Shown here: one piece after another, positions 1 through 10,645 of the stretch
How the letters are laid out: each line of letters starts with the position of its first letter
Position numbering within the stretch: the stretch's first letter is position 1
Source of the DNA: Chrysemys picta bellii
Lineage: Eukaryota
Direction: 5' to 3'
Assembly: GCF_011386835.1 (NCBI RefSeq)
Contig: NC_088792.1
Location: forward strand, 136,896,001 to 136,960,000
DNA: 64,000 nucleotides
The notes under the pieces: generated by a model
What the model was told of the DNA's origin: nothing
Databases searched by the model: none
What the model saw: the letters and a program-made list of their open reading frames with translations, nothing else
Translations under genes and position numbers: made by a program

Positions 1-131
1 AAATGCAGAAGTAAAATAGCCTCTGTAATCCTACTCGAGATTCCCCTGTTTATGCATTCCAGGATCATATTAGCCCTTTTTCAGAGTCACTGCTTTGCAG
101 GATAGAGTCTCCCATCTTGTAAGTATGGCCC
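1..131 (-). mobile_element. CR1 LINE ORF2 fragment, internally deleted, runs off the window edge
   Basis: Reverse complement aligns by eye to the CR1 copy at about 52950-53100 (attagccctttttcagagtcactgc...ggatagagtctcccatcttgtaag). Confidence 0.75.
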
Positions 132-993
132 AAATATCAGTGGTGAGAGTAGAAGGACTGAAGAACTGAGCATATGCTGGACTTAAGTAGTCCATCATGA
201 GTTCAAATGGAAGTCTCAACTTGAACAACACAGAACTCTTAAAAACTATTGAAAGGGAACAATTGTGCACTAACATAGAAGGAATTGCAGAGATATGCAA
301 ATGATCCATCAACAACTTACAAGCATTGTTGAACTTAAAGGGAATGTTGAGAATGAGCATGATGGTCCTCATCCAGTCAAGACTTGTGGTCTTGCTATGA
401 GTACATTGATAAGAGTCAAGGAGCAGCATATTAAGCATACATAGATGACACCCTAATGGACTGCAGAAAAAGAAACTCAGAATAATATGAAGCTAAACAA
501 AACATTAGGAATAATATGTCACTTGCTGTAGAAACCTCTGAAGTGGCAGTACCATGTCCTTTTAAAGACCATTCATTGGCAGCTCTTGAAAAATTGATTT
601 AAAGCACAGAAAAAGAGAACATCAGTTCTCTTAGTAGAAAATACTCTCAAAATTGTACCTTTACTTTCCATTAATTGACCCTAAACTACAAGATACCAAA
701 GATTTTGGCAAATGAGGTATGCTGTGTGTTGTATTGTGTGAGGCTGCCTGATCTGATTGGAGCTTGAAGTAAATAGTTTGTACATCTTGTGAGAAGGCTG
801 CTTCCAAAGGAGGCAGCTGTAATGTTGACTGACAATGAAAATTGTTGGAATGCCCAGAGTAGGCACACATGTTCCTTGAGACAGAATGATTAGGATTTAG
901 CTTTTTATTTACCAGTTCAGGATCTAGCACTCTAACCTTCAAGAAGTGGCTTGCAGCAACAAATAGTCCTTGTCCTTGCTGCAAAACAGATCG

Positions 994-1089
994 AGACACC
1001 CGGTGTTCTCTGCCACTTATTCTTGCAGTCAGTTTCTGAACAGACACGCGGTGTTCTCTGCCACTTATTCTTGCAGTCAGTTTCTGAAC
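994..1089. repeat. 48-bp tandem duplication (2 copies)
   Basis: agacacccggtgttctctgccacttattcttgcagtcagtttctgaac at 994-1041 and 1042-1089, with one mismatch (C1000/G1048). Confidence 0.97.
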
Positions 1090-2000
1090 AGATGGCATCC
1101 AGGGCTAACTAGAATAAGACAGGTGGGGGGGAAAAATACATACTGTTGTATGTTGACATTAGCAGTTATCCCAGACATTTTGTTTTAAAATCCTGGAAAT
1201 GAAGGAGTTTTGTCAATTTAAGACACAAAACTAGGCTAGCTGGAATATGTTGCTCAAACTGAATTTGCTAGTAGAGGAAGAACCCTGTTGGAGGACTACA
1301 AAATGGTTTTCTTCCTCAAACTAGAAGATTATGTCAAAGTAAAAGTCAGAATAAAAAAAAATGAGCACAGCAAGATGGCAGTCTACAATCCACCCATACT
1401 GATTGAATTAATCCTTTTCAATCTGTTTCACTGTGGTTTGGCTAAACTATTGTTCTCCTTAATTTACCATTTCTAGTACAAATGTTAAAGGAATACTCTA
1501 AATAAAGAATCCCAGAGTCTGAGAACATTAAATTAAGTACTGTACTCCAAGAACTTTTACGTTGACTTCAATTATAGGAGACTGGGTAACTTTGATTGCA
1601 TGCTCAGTAAGGGCAAGAATGAGAGTTTCAGAACTGGCAAATGCTGAATATTCTCAGCTGTTTATTACCAGCTAAGATGAAGCTATGTAAACTACTTCTG
1701 TTTAAAACAATCTGATGCCTAATTTTCTTACAGAACTTCAGGAATGTATGAAATGTAGATTTTAAAATTTCTGTGGCTTTGAACTAAATACATTAGTTCC
1801 AAATGATTTTTTTTGTTGCATGATTGCTTTGAAAGTGCCACTCGTTATCACAAATGAAATATATTATAAGAATTTGTGAATGTTTCAGGTCACTTCTGTC
1901 AAATTGATAACGTATTCTGGATTCTCTTACTTTTTGATGATTTTGACTTGTTTTCATCTCCATTTTAATTTGATGTAGAGTTTTAAATCTGTTTTTTACT

Positions 2001-2617
2001 TGTGGATCGGTCATGAGGTGCTTTGCTCACTGCTGGAGCGCCTCCTTCTGGCTGTGTCTGGGCATTAGCTCTGCCAGGCTGACAACCTTCCTGCAGTTGC
2101 ATTCCCTCACTCTCTCTCTTGCTGTTTTGGGAGTCAGCTGCTTCATCGCTTAGCCCTCCAGCCAGGCCACTGTGGTTTTTCCCCTTCTGGGGAAACCATT
2201 CGCATCAAAGTCTTTCAGGACCCACTGTTCCTGGCAGATTTCTTTTTCATTGTCCCTTAATGGTACCACTTCCCTAGTGGCTGGTAGGGGAGCCCAGGCC
2301 TGCCCTCTACACAGGGGTCCAGCCCAGGGACCCTATAACAAGCAGTCAAGGTCTTCACAGTCCTATCCTTTACTGCTTTATCCATGGGCTACTACTTTGC
2401 CATCTCTCACCCTGAACCCCCTTCTCTCTCTGCAGCCCCCTTCTATTCTCCGCTACTGGGCTTAATACAGGCCCCTCCTGCTCATGTAGAGCTGAGCCTC
2501 ATCTCTGATTAGTCCCTGCTCCCTGATGTCTCCTCCAGGTGTAGCCAAGGTGGTTAAATGGCCCACCTATCCGCCTTAATCCCTTGGGGCCTTGTGTAGG
2601 GTTGACAGCCCATCACA
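2001..2617. mobile_element. probable solo LTR
   Basis: GC-richer block bounded by TGT...ACA (tgtggatcgg...catcaca) that resembles reptile LTR-type repeats. No TSD found and the left boundary is uncertain. Confidence 0.5.
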
Positions 2618-2627
2618 GGGTCACTTA

Positions 2628-2906
2628 GGCCTTGGCTACACTTGCGGATTCACAGCGCTGCCGCGGCAGCGCTGTGAAGCACAAGTGTAGTCGCGCCGCC
2701 AGCACTGCGAGAGCTCTCTTCACCAAGTACTCCACTTCTCCGAGGGGAATAGCTTGCAGCGCTGCGAGAGAGCGTGCAGCGCTGCAGGCGCTGATTACAC
2801 TGGCGCTTTACAGCGCTGCACTCGTTGCGCTTGGGGGTGTGTGTGTTTTTTCACACCCCTGAGCGCAGCAAGTGCAGTGCTGTGAATTGCCAGTGTAGCC
2901 AAGGCC
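2628..2906. mobile_element. PIF/Harbinger-type MITE
   Basis: TIRs GGCCTTGGCTACACT / AGTGTAGCCAAGGCC, preceded by TTA; CpG-rich quasi-palindromic interior. Confidence 0.8.
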
Positions 2907-3992
2907 TCTGTGTAGGATAGTGTTGCAGATGAGCAAAGCAAAGGGCTGTGTTTTCCTGAATAAATGTTTTTGTAAAAAAACATGTTGTGCATGGATATTT
3001 CTCTAAGGTAAACAATACTTAAGTTTGTAAATAGTAATTATAAAGATCTGAAAATATTTGAAGGGTAAAAACACGCAAGAGGAAAAACCTCAAAGGAGTA
3101 CAACTAAAAGTTATGGTATGCTAATGAGAGGAAAGTCATGCTGTCAAGGAAATTGGCCACCAAAGGGAAAGTGCAAGTCCCATCACTGCAGGCACTTCAG
3201 TATTAGACTGGCAAAGTACGAGAGTCTGTAAAATAGAGAAATCCTGTTTTGGTAGAAAGATTAGGTAACCGAACATGTTGCTTATATCTCAAAAATTAGA
3301 TTTTTACTTTTGAATCAAAACTTCACACTATAAAATAACTCTGACCTTTTTCTGAAAATCTGGATCTATTCCTGAATAATAAAACACTTGTTCTAAGTAT
3401 CATGTTGGCACCTGATGGTAGGAACTAATACAATAGAATAGTGTGTATGTGAAGCATGTTAGTCTGATCTTCAAGAGAAGGAGGCTGATAGTGAAACTAA
3501 GTTACAGCTCTAAGGCTTAATGTTTAAGTGTCACTAAGTCACATTCCAGGGAAACATTTAATTTGGAGGGAGCTGATGGGAATTCAGAAATTTGGCTGAT
3601 ATGCTGGGATTTCATAGCTTTCTTGCTTTATTCCAACATGTCAATATCCTCCATATCCAACTATATTATGAAATAAATGTCATAATTCTAAAAGGCCCTC
3701 AGACATCTACAGAAGGGTGAAATATTAGTAATATCAGTGAAGCAGTTAGTTTTAAACTTAGTCTGTTATTTTGAGCATGGGCAGCAGCAATGTGTGGTGA
3801 GTGAGGTCTTTTGCCTTACATAGGGCTGGTGGTCCGTGCATGTAGGTGGGACTTACTGAAGGTAATTTTGGACAATTGTAGAACAAGAATTGCATGGGCT
3901 ATAGAGTGACATTTAAGCAATGGGAGGTGGAATTGACAATTTAGTCTTTCCTTTCACTCTTTGGAGTCTAAATCCTTCCTCTTACAGCCAGA

Positions 3993-4258
3993 GGCCTTGT
4001 GTACACTTAAAAGATATAGTAGCATACTTACATGTGTTAGGGGTGTGATTATTTATTTTTACTGACATACTTATGCTAATATGAGCCCTAGTATAGACGC
4101 ACTTATACCAGCTTAAGAACTTTTGACTATATACCTTAAATCTCTCGGAAAAAACTATGTCAGCAAAAACATCAGCATGGTAGTGCAACTGGCATCTACA
4201 CTAGGGGGTTTTGCCATTATATCTGTGCCAGCAAAATTTTCCTAGTGTAGATAAGGCC
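3993..4258. mobile_element. PIF/Harbinger-type MITE
   Basis: TIRs GGCCTTGTGTACACT / AGTGTAGATAAGGCC, followed by TAA. Confidence 0.7.
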
Positions 4259-4879
4259 TAAATATAGTATAAACAAGAGCCTGGAAACCCCCTGCAAAAT
4301 GATATGCACTTGTTCATATAAAAATGAAGTCATAAAGGGTTCTTTGTCAATTCTCCCCCCAAATGTTATAATTCAGTATTGGTGCAGAACTAACATGTCA
4401 GCAGTGTGTGTGTTGGGTTTAAATTAGCCCTATTTTTGAGAAATTCTGGCTGTAATTACCTCAAAATGGGTACATCTGGGAATTCCTTTTACTGAAAGCT
4501 AACCTAAGAAAATGAGAATAGGCTTTCAAGTGTGCAGTGTCAATTGCTGATTGCTCTGCCCAAATTCTATTTTAAACTCACTTGATGTCATTAGGCAAAT
4601 GACCATACTTAAAAGTACTCAAGTGTCAGGTTGCTAAAATTTGCTAAAATTCTTGGTTCTTCTGGTGCTCTTGCCGTGGAAGTTGCTGGAATGAAGAATA
4701 TTGGCAGGATAGAGAGTATCTGTTTAGAAGTCCTGCCTGATCATTTAATAGTGTATAATCCCTTTACAAATCCTGGACAGAAGGCCTTCGGCAGGGCTAC
4801 ATTACAAAGTTTTGTCAGCAGAGCACAAGTCTCTCTAGAAACACGATAGTACAGGAGTGTGTGAAATTCATTAGGTTCA

Positions 4880-5179
4880 TTGTGCCAGCAGTGCCCCTCT
4901 GCCATGTACATTGGCCAAACCGGACAGTCTTTACGCAAAAGAATAAATGGACACAAATCTGACATTAGGAATCATAACATTCAAAAACCAGTAGGAGAAC
5001 ACTTCAACCTCCCTGGTCACTCAGTAACAGACGTAAAGGTGGCAATTTTGCAACCGAAAAGCTTCAAAAGCAACAGACTCCAATGAGAAACTGCTGAACT
5101 AGAATTAATATGCAAACTAGAGACCATTAATTTGGGCTTGAATAGAAACTGGGAGTGGCTGGGTCATTACACAAATTGA
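4880..5179 (+). pseudogene. PLE GIY-YIG endonuclease C-terminal remnant with a premature stop
   Basis: In-frame TGA at 5084-5086 (the copy at 15.6 kb has CGA/Arg here); the frame continues ETAELELICKLETINLGLNRNWEWLGHYTN to a stop at 5177-5179. Confidence 0.9.
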
Positions 5180-5386
5180 ATCTATTTCCCCATGTTAAGT
5201 ATCCTCTCATCTTTTTGTCAACTGTCTGTCTGAAATGGACCATCTTGATTACCACTACAAAAGCTTTTTTTCTCCTGCTGATAATAGCTCATCTTAATTA
5301 ATTAGCCTCTTAGAGTTGGTATGGCAACTTCCACCTTTTCATGTTCTCTGTATGTATATATCTTCTTACTATATGTTCCATTCTAT

Positions 5387-5426
5387 GCATCTGAAGAAGT
5401 GGGCTGTAGCCCACGAAAGCTTATGC
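5387..5426 (+). ncRNA. minimal type I hammerhead ribozyme motif
   Basis: GCAT-CTGAAGA-A-GTGGGC-TGTA-GCCCAC-GAAA-GCT-T-ATGC: stem I GCAT/ATGC, core CUGANGA and GAAA, 6-bp stem II, palindromic AGCT stem III. Confidence 0.85.
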
Positions 5427-5519
5427 TCAAGTAAATTTGTTAGTCTCGTTAGTCTCTAAGGTGCCACAAGTACTCCTGTTCTTTTTGCGGATAGACTAAC
5501 ATGGCTGCTACTCTGAAAT

Positions 5520-5838
5520 AGGGTCAACAGAGAGCCTTGCTCTATGTCAACGTCAGTAGGTTGACCATGGCTTTATCAGGCCTCAGTGCATGGTAAGCCA
5601 GGACATGAATGCACTACAAACTAAGTTGCTGTATGGCCCCTGCTAACATGCACAAAAAGTTCTGTAGTGCACTTGGACATTCTGCTCATTCAAACGCTCT
5701 ACACAGTTTGACGAAAGTGTACTATGGAACTTTCAGGGCACAGTAGCTGGGTCCGTACAACCAGTTAGTGTTCAGCAAGCTAGTGCACTATCGATATACC
5801 TCAGCTTGTCACACACTATCTCTCTGTTTAGGCAGGCC
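5520..5838. mobile_element. degenerate Harbinger-type MITE
   Basis: Right end resembles the Harbinger TIR (tttaggcaggcc, then TTAA); left end not identifiable. Confidence 0.4.
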
Positions 5839-6954
5839 TTAATTTAATGTAATCTATCAACTGATGTGCAATAAATGTGTGGATAAAGCACAAGATACCC
5901 TGGGTGGAAAAACTAAGAAATCAAAATGAAGAATCTGGAAGATTAGACATAGTTGTGTCATAATGTGAAGCAGTTGAAGACAAAGTGCAAGTGGCACAAA
6001 ACAATATAAGGATATTGAAGAGGAATGAACTGAAATCTGTCAAGAGCATAAATAGACAAGTTACTTTCTGGAGGAACTTTTGTGCATGGACGCAACAAAG
6101 GACAGGTACAGCCATCCTGCTTTCCTTTCAGTGTCATAAATGAAAATCTGAAAACAAAAAGTTAGTGATAAAATAATTAAAAGAAATCACAGAAAATGAA
6201 GTGCTGTCAAATATCTGGCCAACACACCAATCCTGTTGAAAGCTTTTGAAAAGTAGGTCAGTGTCGGCAAAGATATGCTGATAATGAACATACTGTGCAC
6301 ACAAGGGGAAACTAACACTAAAATAGTGTCAAACTTTTCTTCAGTTAACAATATGAGATGGGGCTTATGTACTTCTGTAACAAGACAGGATTGCACAAGT
6401 GTATCCCAAAAGCCATATAAAGTGCATCTGAGCATAGGACGTAGCAATAATACAGTTCATGCATCATATCTCAAGTATGGAGCGATTTGTGTGTAGTTCT
6501 ACATTGATGAAAATATACCAATATAGATCATTAAGTGTTTCTTCATCTTGTCAGATACAACAAAGATGGTGTTTAGACTAGGAAAAGGCCGTGAATGTAA
6601 GTGTGTTCACTAAAATATATTAACAAACACATTAAACAGAAGTGTACCTAGGATTAATACATGTACAACTCTTATAGCTGGTTATGGTCTGCCTTCAGAT
6701 TCCCCAGTAAAGTTGACCATGACCAGCTGATGTTTCAAAATGCCTAACATTTCATTTCTAGTAACTCATCACACTTAACTTGTCACATGGTAGATGGCAG
6801 AGTATTACAGTATTGGCCAGTCTCTTTATGAAAGGGACTGAGAAACTTGTTCCTAATGTTAATCAACAAAAGGGCTTTTCATTTTTGTCATTAGGGAGAC
6901 GGGGGCAGCGGGGCCAGGGAAATATGTAGGGGGGAAAGTTTGTAAATGGTCTGA

Positions 6955-7095
6955 GGCCAGCTCTACAATACAGGTGTTTTGCTGATATAGTTATATTGGC
7001 TGAGCCCCTTAAATGTTGACACAGCATGCGTAGTAACACCACCACTCTGAACAACATTATAAAGTTTTGTCAGCATAGCTAATGTCGAACTGGCC
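6955..7095. mobile_element. short Harbinger-type MITE
   Basis: TIR-like GGCCAGCTCTACA / TGTCGAACTGGCC, flanked by TGA and TAA. Confidence 0.55.
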
Positions 7096-7253
7096 TAAGG
7101 CCTTCTGTCTCAGATTTGTAAAGGTATTTAGGTGTTACTGAACTCAGGATGGCAACATGTAAGTCTCTTTTTCAAAAGGGATTCAAGCACTTAGGAAGTT
7201 AAATCCAATGAGATTTAGGCTCCTAAATTCCTGAATCCTTTTTGAAAACGAAA

Positions 7254-7624
7254 CTCTCCATATCTGACCTCTGTCGTCATCCTCAAAGGAAACCTGTACA
7301 ACACCTTCAAGAGACGAGCCTGGGAACTGACATTCATAACTTGGCTAGACACTACAAGTCATGGACTTAATAGAGACACTGGTTTTATGGCTTATTACAA
7401 CAATTTGTAACACTGCCTATTAACCCTCAATTGCTCACTTAATTTTAAGTGGTCTCTTACAGCATGTGTGAATCTCTTATGCATAACCATATGTCCCAAC
7501 TTGTATTTAGCTCAGACACTCTGGTTACCTTGCCTAGACCTCAAGAACTCTGTGAAGGTCGAAAGCTTGTCCCTTCCATCAACAAAAGTTAGTCCAGTAA
7601 AAGATATTACCTCACGTACCTTGC
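7254..7624 (+). mobile_element. Penelope-like retroelement, second family, 3' fragment
   Basis: Translates ILKGNLYNTFKRRAWELTFITWLDTTSHGLNRDTGFMAYYNNL with a stop ending at 7410 (PLE endonuclease C-terminus, GLNR motif). The 3' UTR contains GAAAGCTT and the tail aagttagtccagtaaaagatattacctcac. Confidence 0.85.
7536..7572 (+). ncRNA. decayed hammerhead ribozyme motif
   Basis: AGAC-CTCAAGA-...-GAAA-GCT-T-GTCC: core G5 changed to C, stem II collapsed, stem I AGAC/GTCC pairs 3 of 4. Confidence 0.55.
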
Positions 7625-9840
7625 TCCTAAATCAGTTAGGTGTTGCAATGCCGAGCAAAACTATGACTTAAATACCTTTAAAAACCTTGGCCTCTGTTTC
7701 AATGAACAAATTGCCTTAATTTGTCTTGGAGTATTCTTGGCGCATGCCCTGCATTTACTATAACTGCTTTTCAAGCTAGCGTTCAAAAGGAATGACAGAG
7801 GGAGGCAGTAACTATAGACCTCAAACGCTACTTTAGAGCCACAGTGCTGTTCCCTTGTAGATCATAACTAGAATAAAGATGAAAATACTAACTCGCTTGT
7901 GGTAAAACTACTGCAGTCCTTCTCAGTTGCTCAGAAATGTCATACTTCCCTCATGTTAGTATTGGCTAGGAAGTCACCAGCAGTAACTAGGTGGAACAAA
8001 AAGGGATTTAAATGTTTTTTATTGCGTAACCTTAAAACTCTGACATACTTACGTAGTAAAAAAAAAAATTAAAAAAAACAACAAGGCTTCACCTTAATAA
8101 AAAAGTCACCGTGTACACTTGAAATCTTCCTCCTACTGCAGTAGATAATAAATGTAAATCAAATGCCTTACCCTGTAGTTGGCTCATTTCTAATTTACCA
8201 CTTATAGACGCTAACCACCATGGCAAACCATATATGTATATTGGTATCGTAAGCTACAATGTTACCCATGTATCTTCCCAAGGATGAAGAATCTAATTTT
8301 GTAAGACTCCCCAGCTACCTACCTAGCTTCTTCATAGTCCAGAGATGGCCATAAACTATTAAATGATAGTGGATAATTAGAACAAAACATCTTTTCAAAA
8401 ATTTCCAAGGAAAGACTCAGGAGCACTCTGCAAAGCCTCAAATTAGAGACAAAGGCCAAGGAGAAAAATAATTTGCTTCTGCTCCCTGCAAGTTTTTTTC
8501 TGTGGGGGCTCTTCTAGAGCTTGCCAGAAATAAGCCCTTGAAAGTCCTACTTTGTGTATTTTCTTCAGAGTTTGATAGTATGGTGGGCATGTTAAGACTG
8601 AATACTAATTTCATAGGTACCATTAGTCTATTGACTTTTATTTGGCCAAAAATGAATAATAAAATGCCCAGAGGAAATTGCATATATATTGAAGTATCTA
8701 AATTTGTGTTTGGCATACAGAAGAGGGAAACAAGCATCATAGACCTGACAACAGGGTGTTTTTTCAGATGCGTTACAGCAATTTGCCATGCTCTTGAGTG
8801 TCTCAGCAAAAGAAGAGGGGCAGAACTTAGCCTTTGGGGTAGAATTTTAATTAATGTGTAGCTGTTTTTTCCCAGTATTCTGTGTGGTAGAAATTAACAT
8901 ACCTTGTGCACAAGCACTTCGTCAAAGGATCTCTCTCCTCCCTCCCCATAGTTCAGGCATCTGCAGTAGTTCATAGAAGGGAAAATGTAGTCTGCCTCAG
9001 TGTGGTGTTGCTCAGTTTTACTGCTGCGTCTGCATGTGGGTGGAAGCAGATTTAGTTTCCTGTTCAGTTAATGTTGCACTGAACTTAAGCTCAGTAGCGG
9101 CATTTAGAAATAAACTCGGACGGGCTCCCATTGGCACACCGTGAGATACTGAGGCCAAGCTTGTGGGTTATATGATTCTGTTCATTATTGTTGGATGAGT
9201 TTCTTTGGAATCTGATATTTACTGCAAGTCTAAGTGAATGAAAATAACTCACTTTAGCATCTTCAGAAAAGAAGACAAACATTGACTTCCTTTCTCATCC
9301 AAACAAGCCAAGCTACCAGATTGTTGTCCGTTGGCTTTTATGTTTTGTATATGATGGTCATTTCTCTGGCTGTCATTTTTGCTTAAGAAGTGTCTAGTTT
9401 CTTAAGATCCACAAACTATTACTTTTCCTTTCTAGTTTTCTAGCCCTCAAACCCAAGAACATATCATGGACCAATGTAAGCTAACTTTTGGAATACTAAG
9501 AAGATAGAGTTGCCGAAAAAATCAAACAGGTTTGTTTAATGGTAATGAGATCTAGGTTACGGAGCAGCACTCAAACTCAAGTCACACGGTTTAACAAGAA
9601 TTCTGCACAGGAGGTATTGGGAATAGCCCTTTCTACATGCATGATAACTTGCCAGAAACCAAATTGGCTGTTACAAAAGTTGGAATTAGAACTCAAGTGG
9701 AATCCAATTCAAATCACTGGCATAGCCCAAGACCTTCTGTGTACCTATTGCACCCCTACTTTAGATATGGCAAAAAAGTAGCGCCTACAAACCATTGTAG
9801 TTTAGATGTGGGTGGTCAGCCTATCTGCTCTGTAAATTTT

Positions 9841-10298
9841 CATAGAATCATAGAAGTGTGTAGGACTGGAAGGGACCTCAGTAGGTCATCTAATCCAGTG
9901 CCCTGCACTCAAGGCAGGATTACCTAATAACTAGACTATTCCTGACAGGTTTTGTCTAACTGTTCTTAAAGACCTCCAATGACAGAGATTCCACAATCTC
10001 CCTAGGCAATTTATTACAGTTCTTAACCACCCTGACAGGAAGTTTTTCCTAATGTCCAGCCTAAACTGCCCGTGCTGCAATTTAAGCCAATTGCTTCTTG
10101 TCCTATCCTCCGAGGTTAAGGAGAATAACTTTTTCACCCTCCTCCTTGTAATCACCTTTTACGTACTTGAAAACTGTTATCATGTCCCCACTCAGACTAA
10201 ACTAACGCAATTTTTTTCAATCTTTCCACATAGGTCATGTTTTCTAGACCTTTGATCACTTTTGTTGCTCTCCTCTGGACTTGCTCCAATTTGTCCAC
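9841..10298 (-). mobile_element. CR1 LINE 3' end, 5'-truncated
   Basis: ORF 9931-10155 gives KLFSLTSEDRTRSNWLKLQHGQFRLDIRKNF (CR1 ORF2 C-terminus); the terminus catagaatcatagaa is the reverse complement of the (ATTCTATG)n CR1 tail. Confidence 0.93.
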
Positions 10299-10449
10299 GA
10301 ATTATTTTGTCCAAATGTTTCACTTAATTGTATTAAATGAGACGCAAAAGGTGCTGCTTGCTAGTACTGCTGCTAATAAAATCTAATGTAACGTGGTTAT
10401 TCATGGTAATATTCATAAGACCAGGCCATCAGTTGGTGGTGGCACAAAC

Positions 10450-10645
10450 CAGTGTTTCTCAAACTGGTGGTCCTTGCAATGCTTGCTGATGGTTTAGAGA
10501 TGCTGGGTCAAATGGTGCAAATTTGTTTGCAGCTGTTGAATTGCATTAAACAATAAAGATTAGCAGCACTTCCAGCTGTCAGTTTCATAGAAGCAACGGC
10601 CTTGCTTGCCACAGAAATATTATTGTAAGAGTTGGAGGGTAACTG
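10450..10645. mobile_element. old hAT-Charlie-type MITE
   Basis: Left TIR CAGTGTTTCTCAAACT; right end degenerate; no TSD. Confidence 0.4.

Larger units (their letters stand above)
4880..5518 (+). mobile_element. Penelope-like retroelement, 5'-truncated (GIY-YIG C-terminus plus 3' UTR)
   Basis: Encodes CQQCPSAMYIGQTGQSLRKRINGHKSDI...HFNLPGH, typical of PLE GIY-YIG endonucleases. The 3' UTR carries a hammerhead motif and a local 9-bp duplication (gttagtctc x2, 5439-5456). Confidence 0.93.

Noticed and set aside
140-445. Purine-rich segment resembling a LINE ORF1 relic
   Set aside because: Stops in all plus-strand frames and no diagnostic motif.
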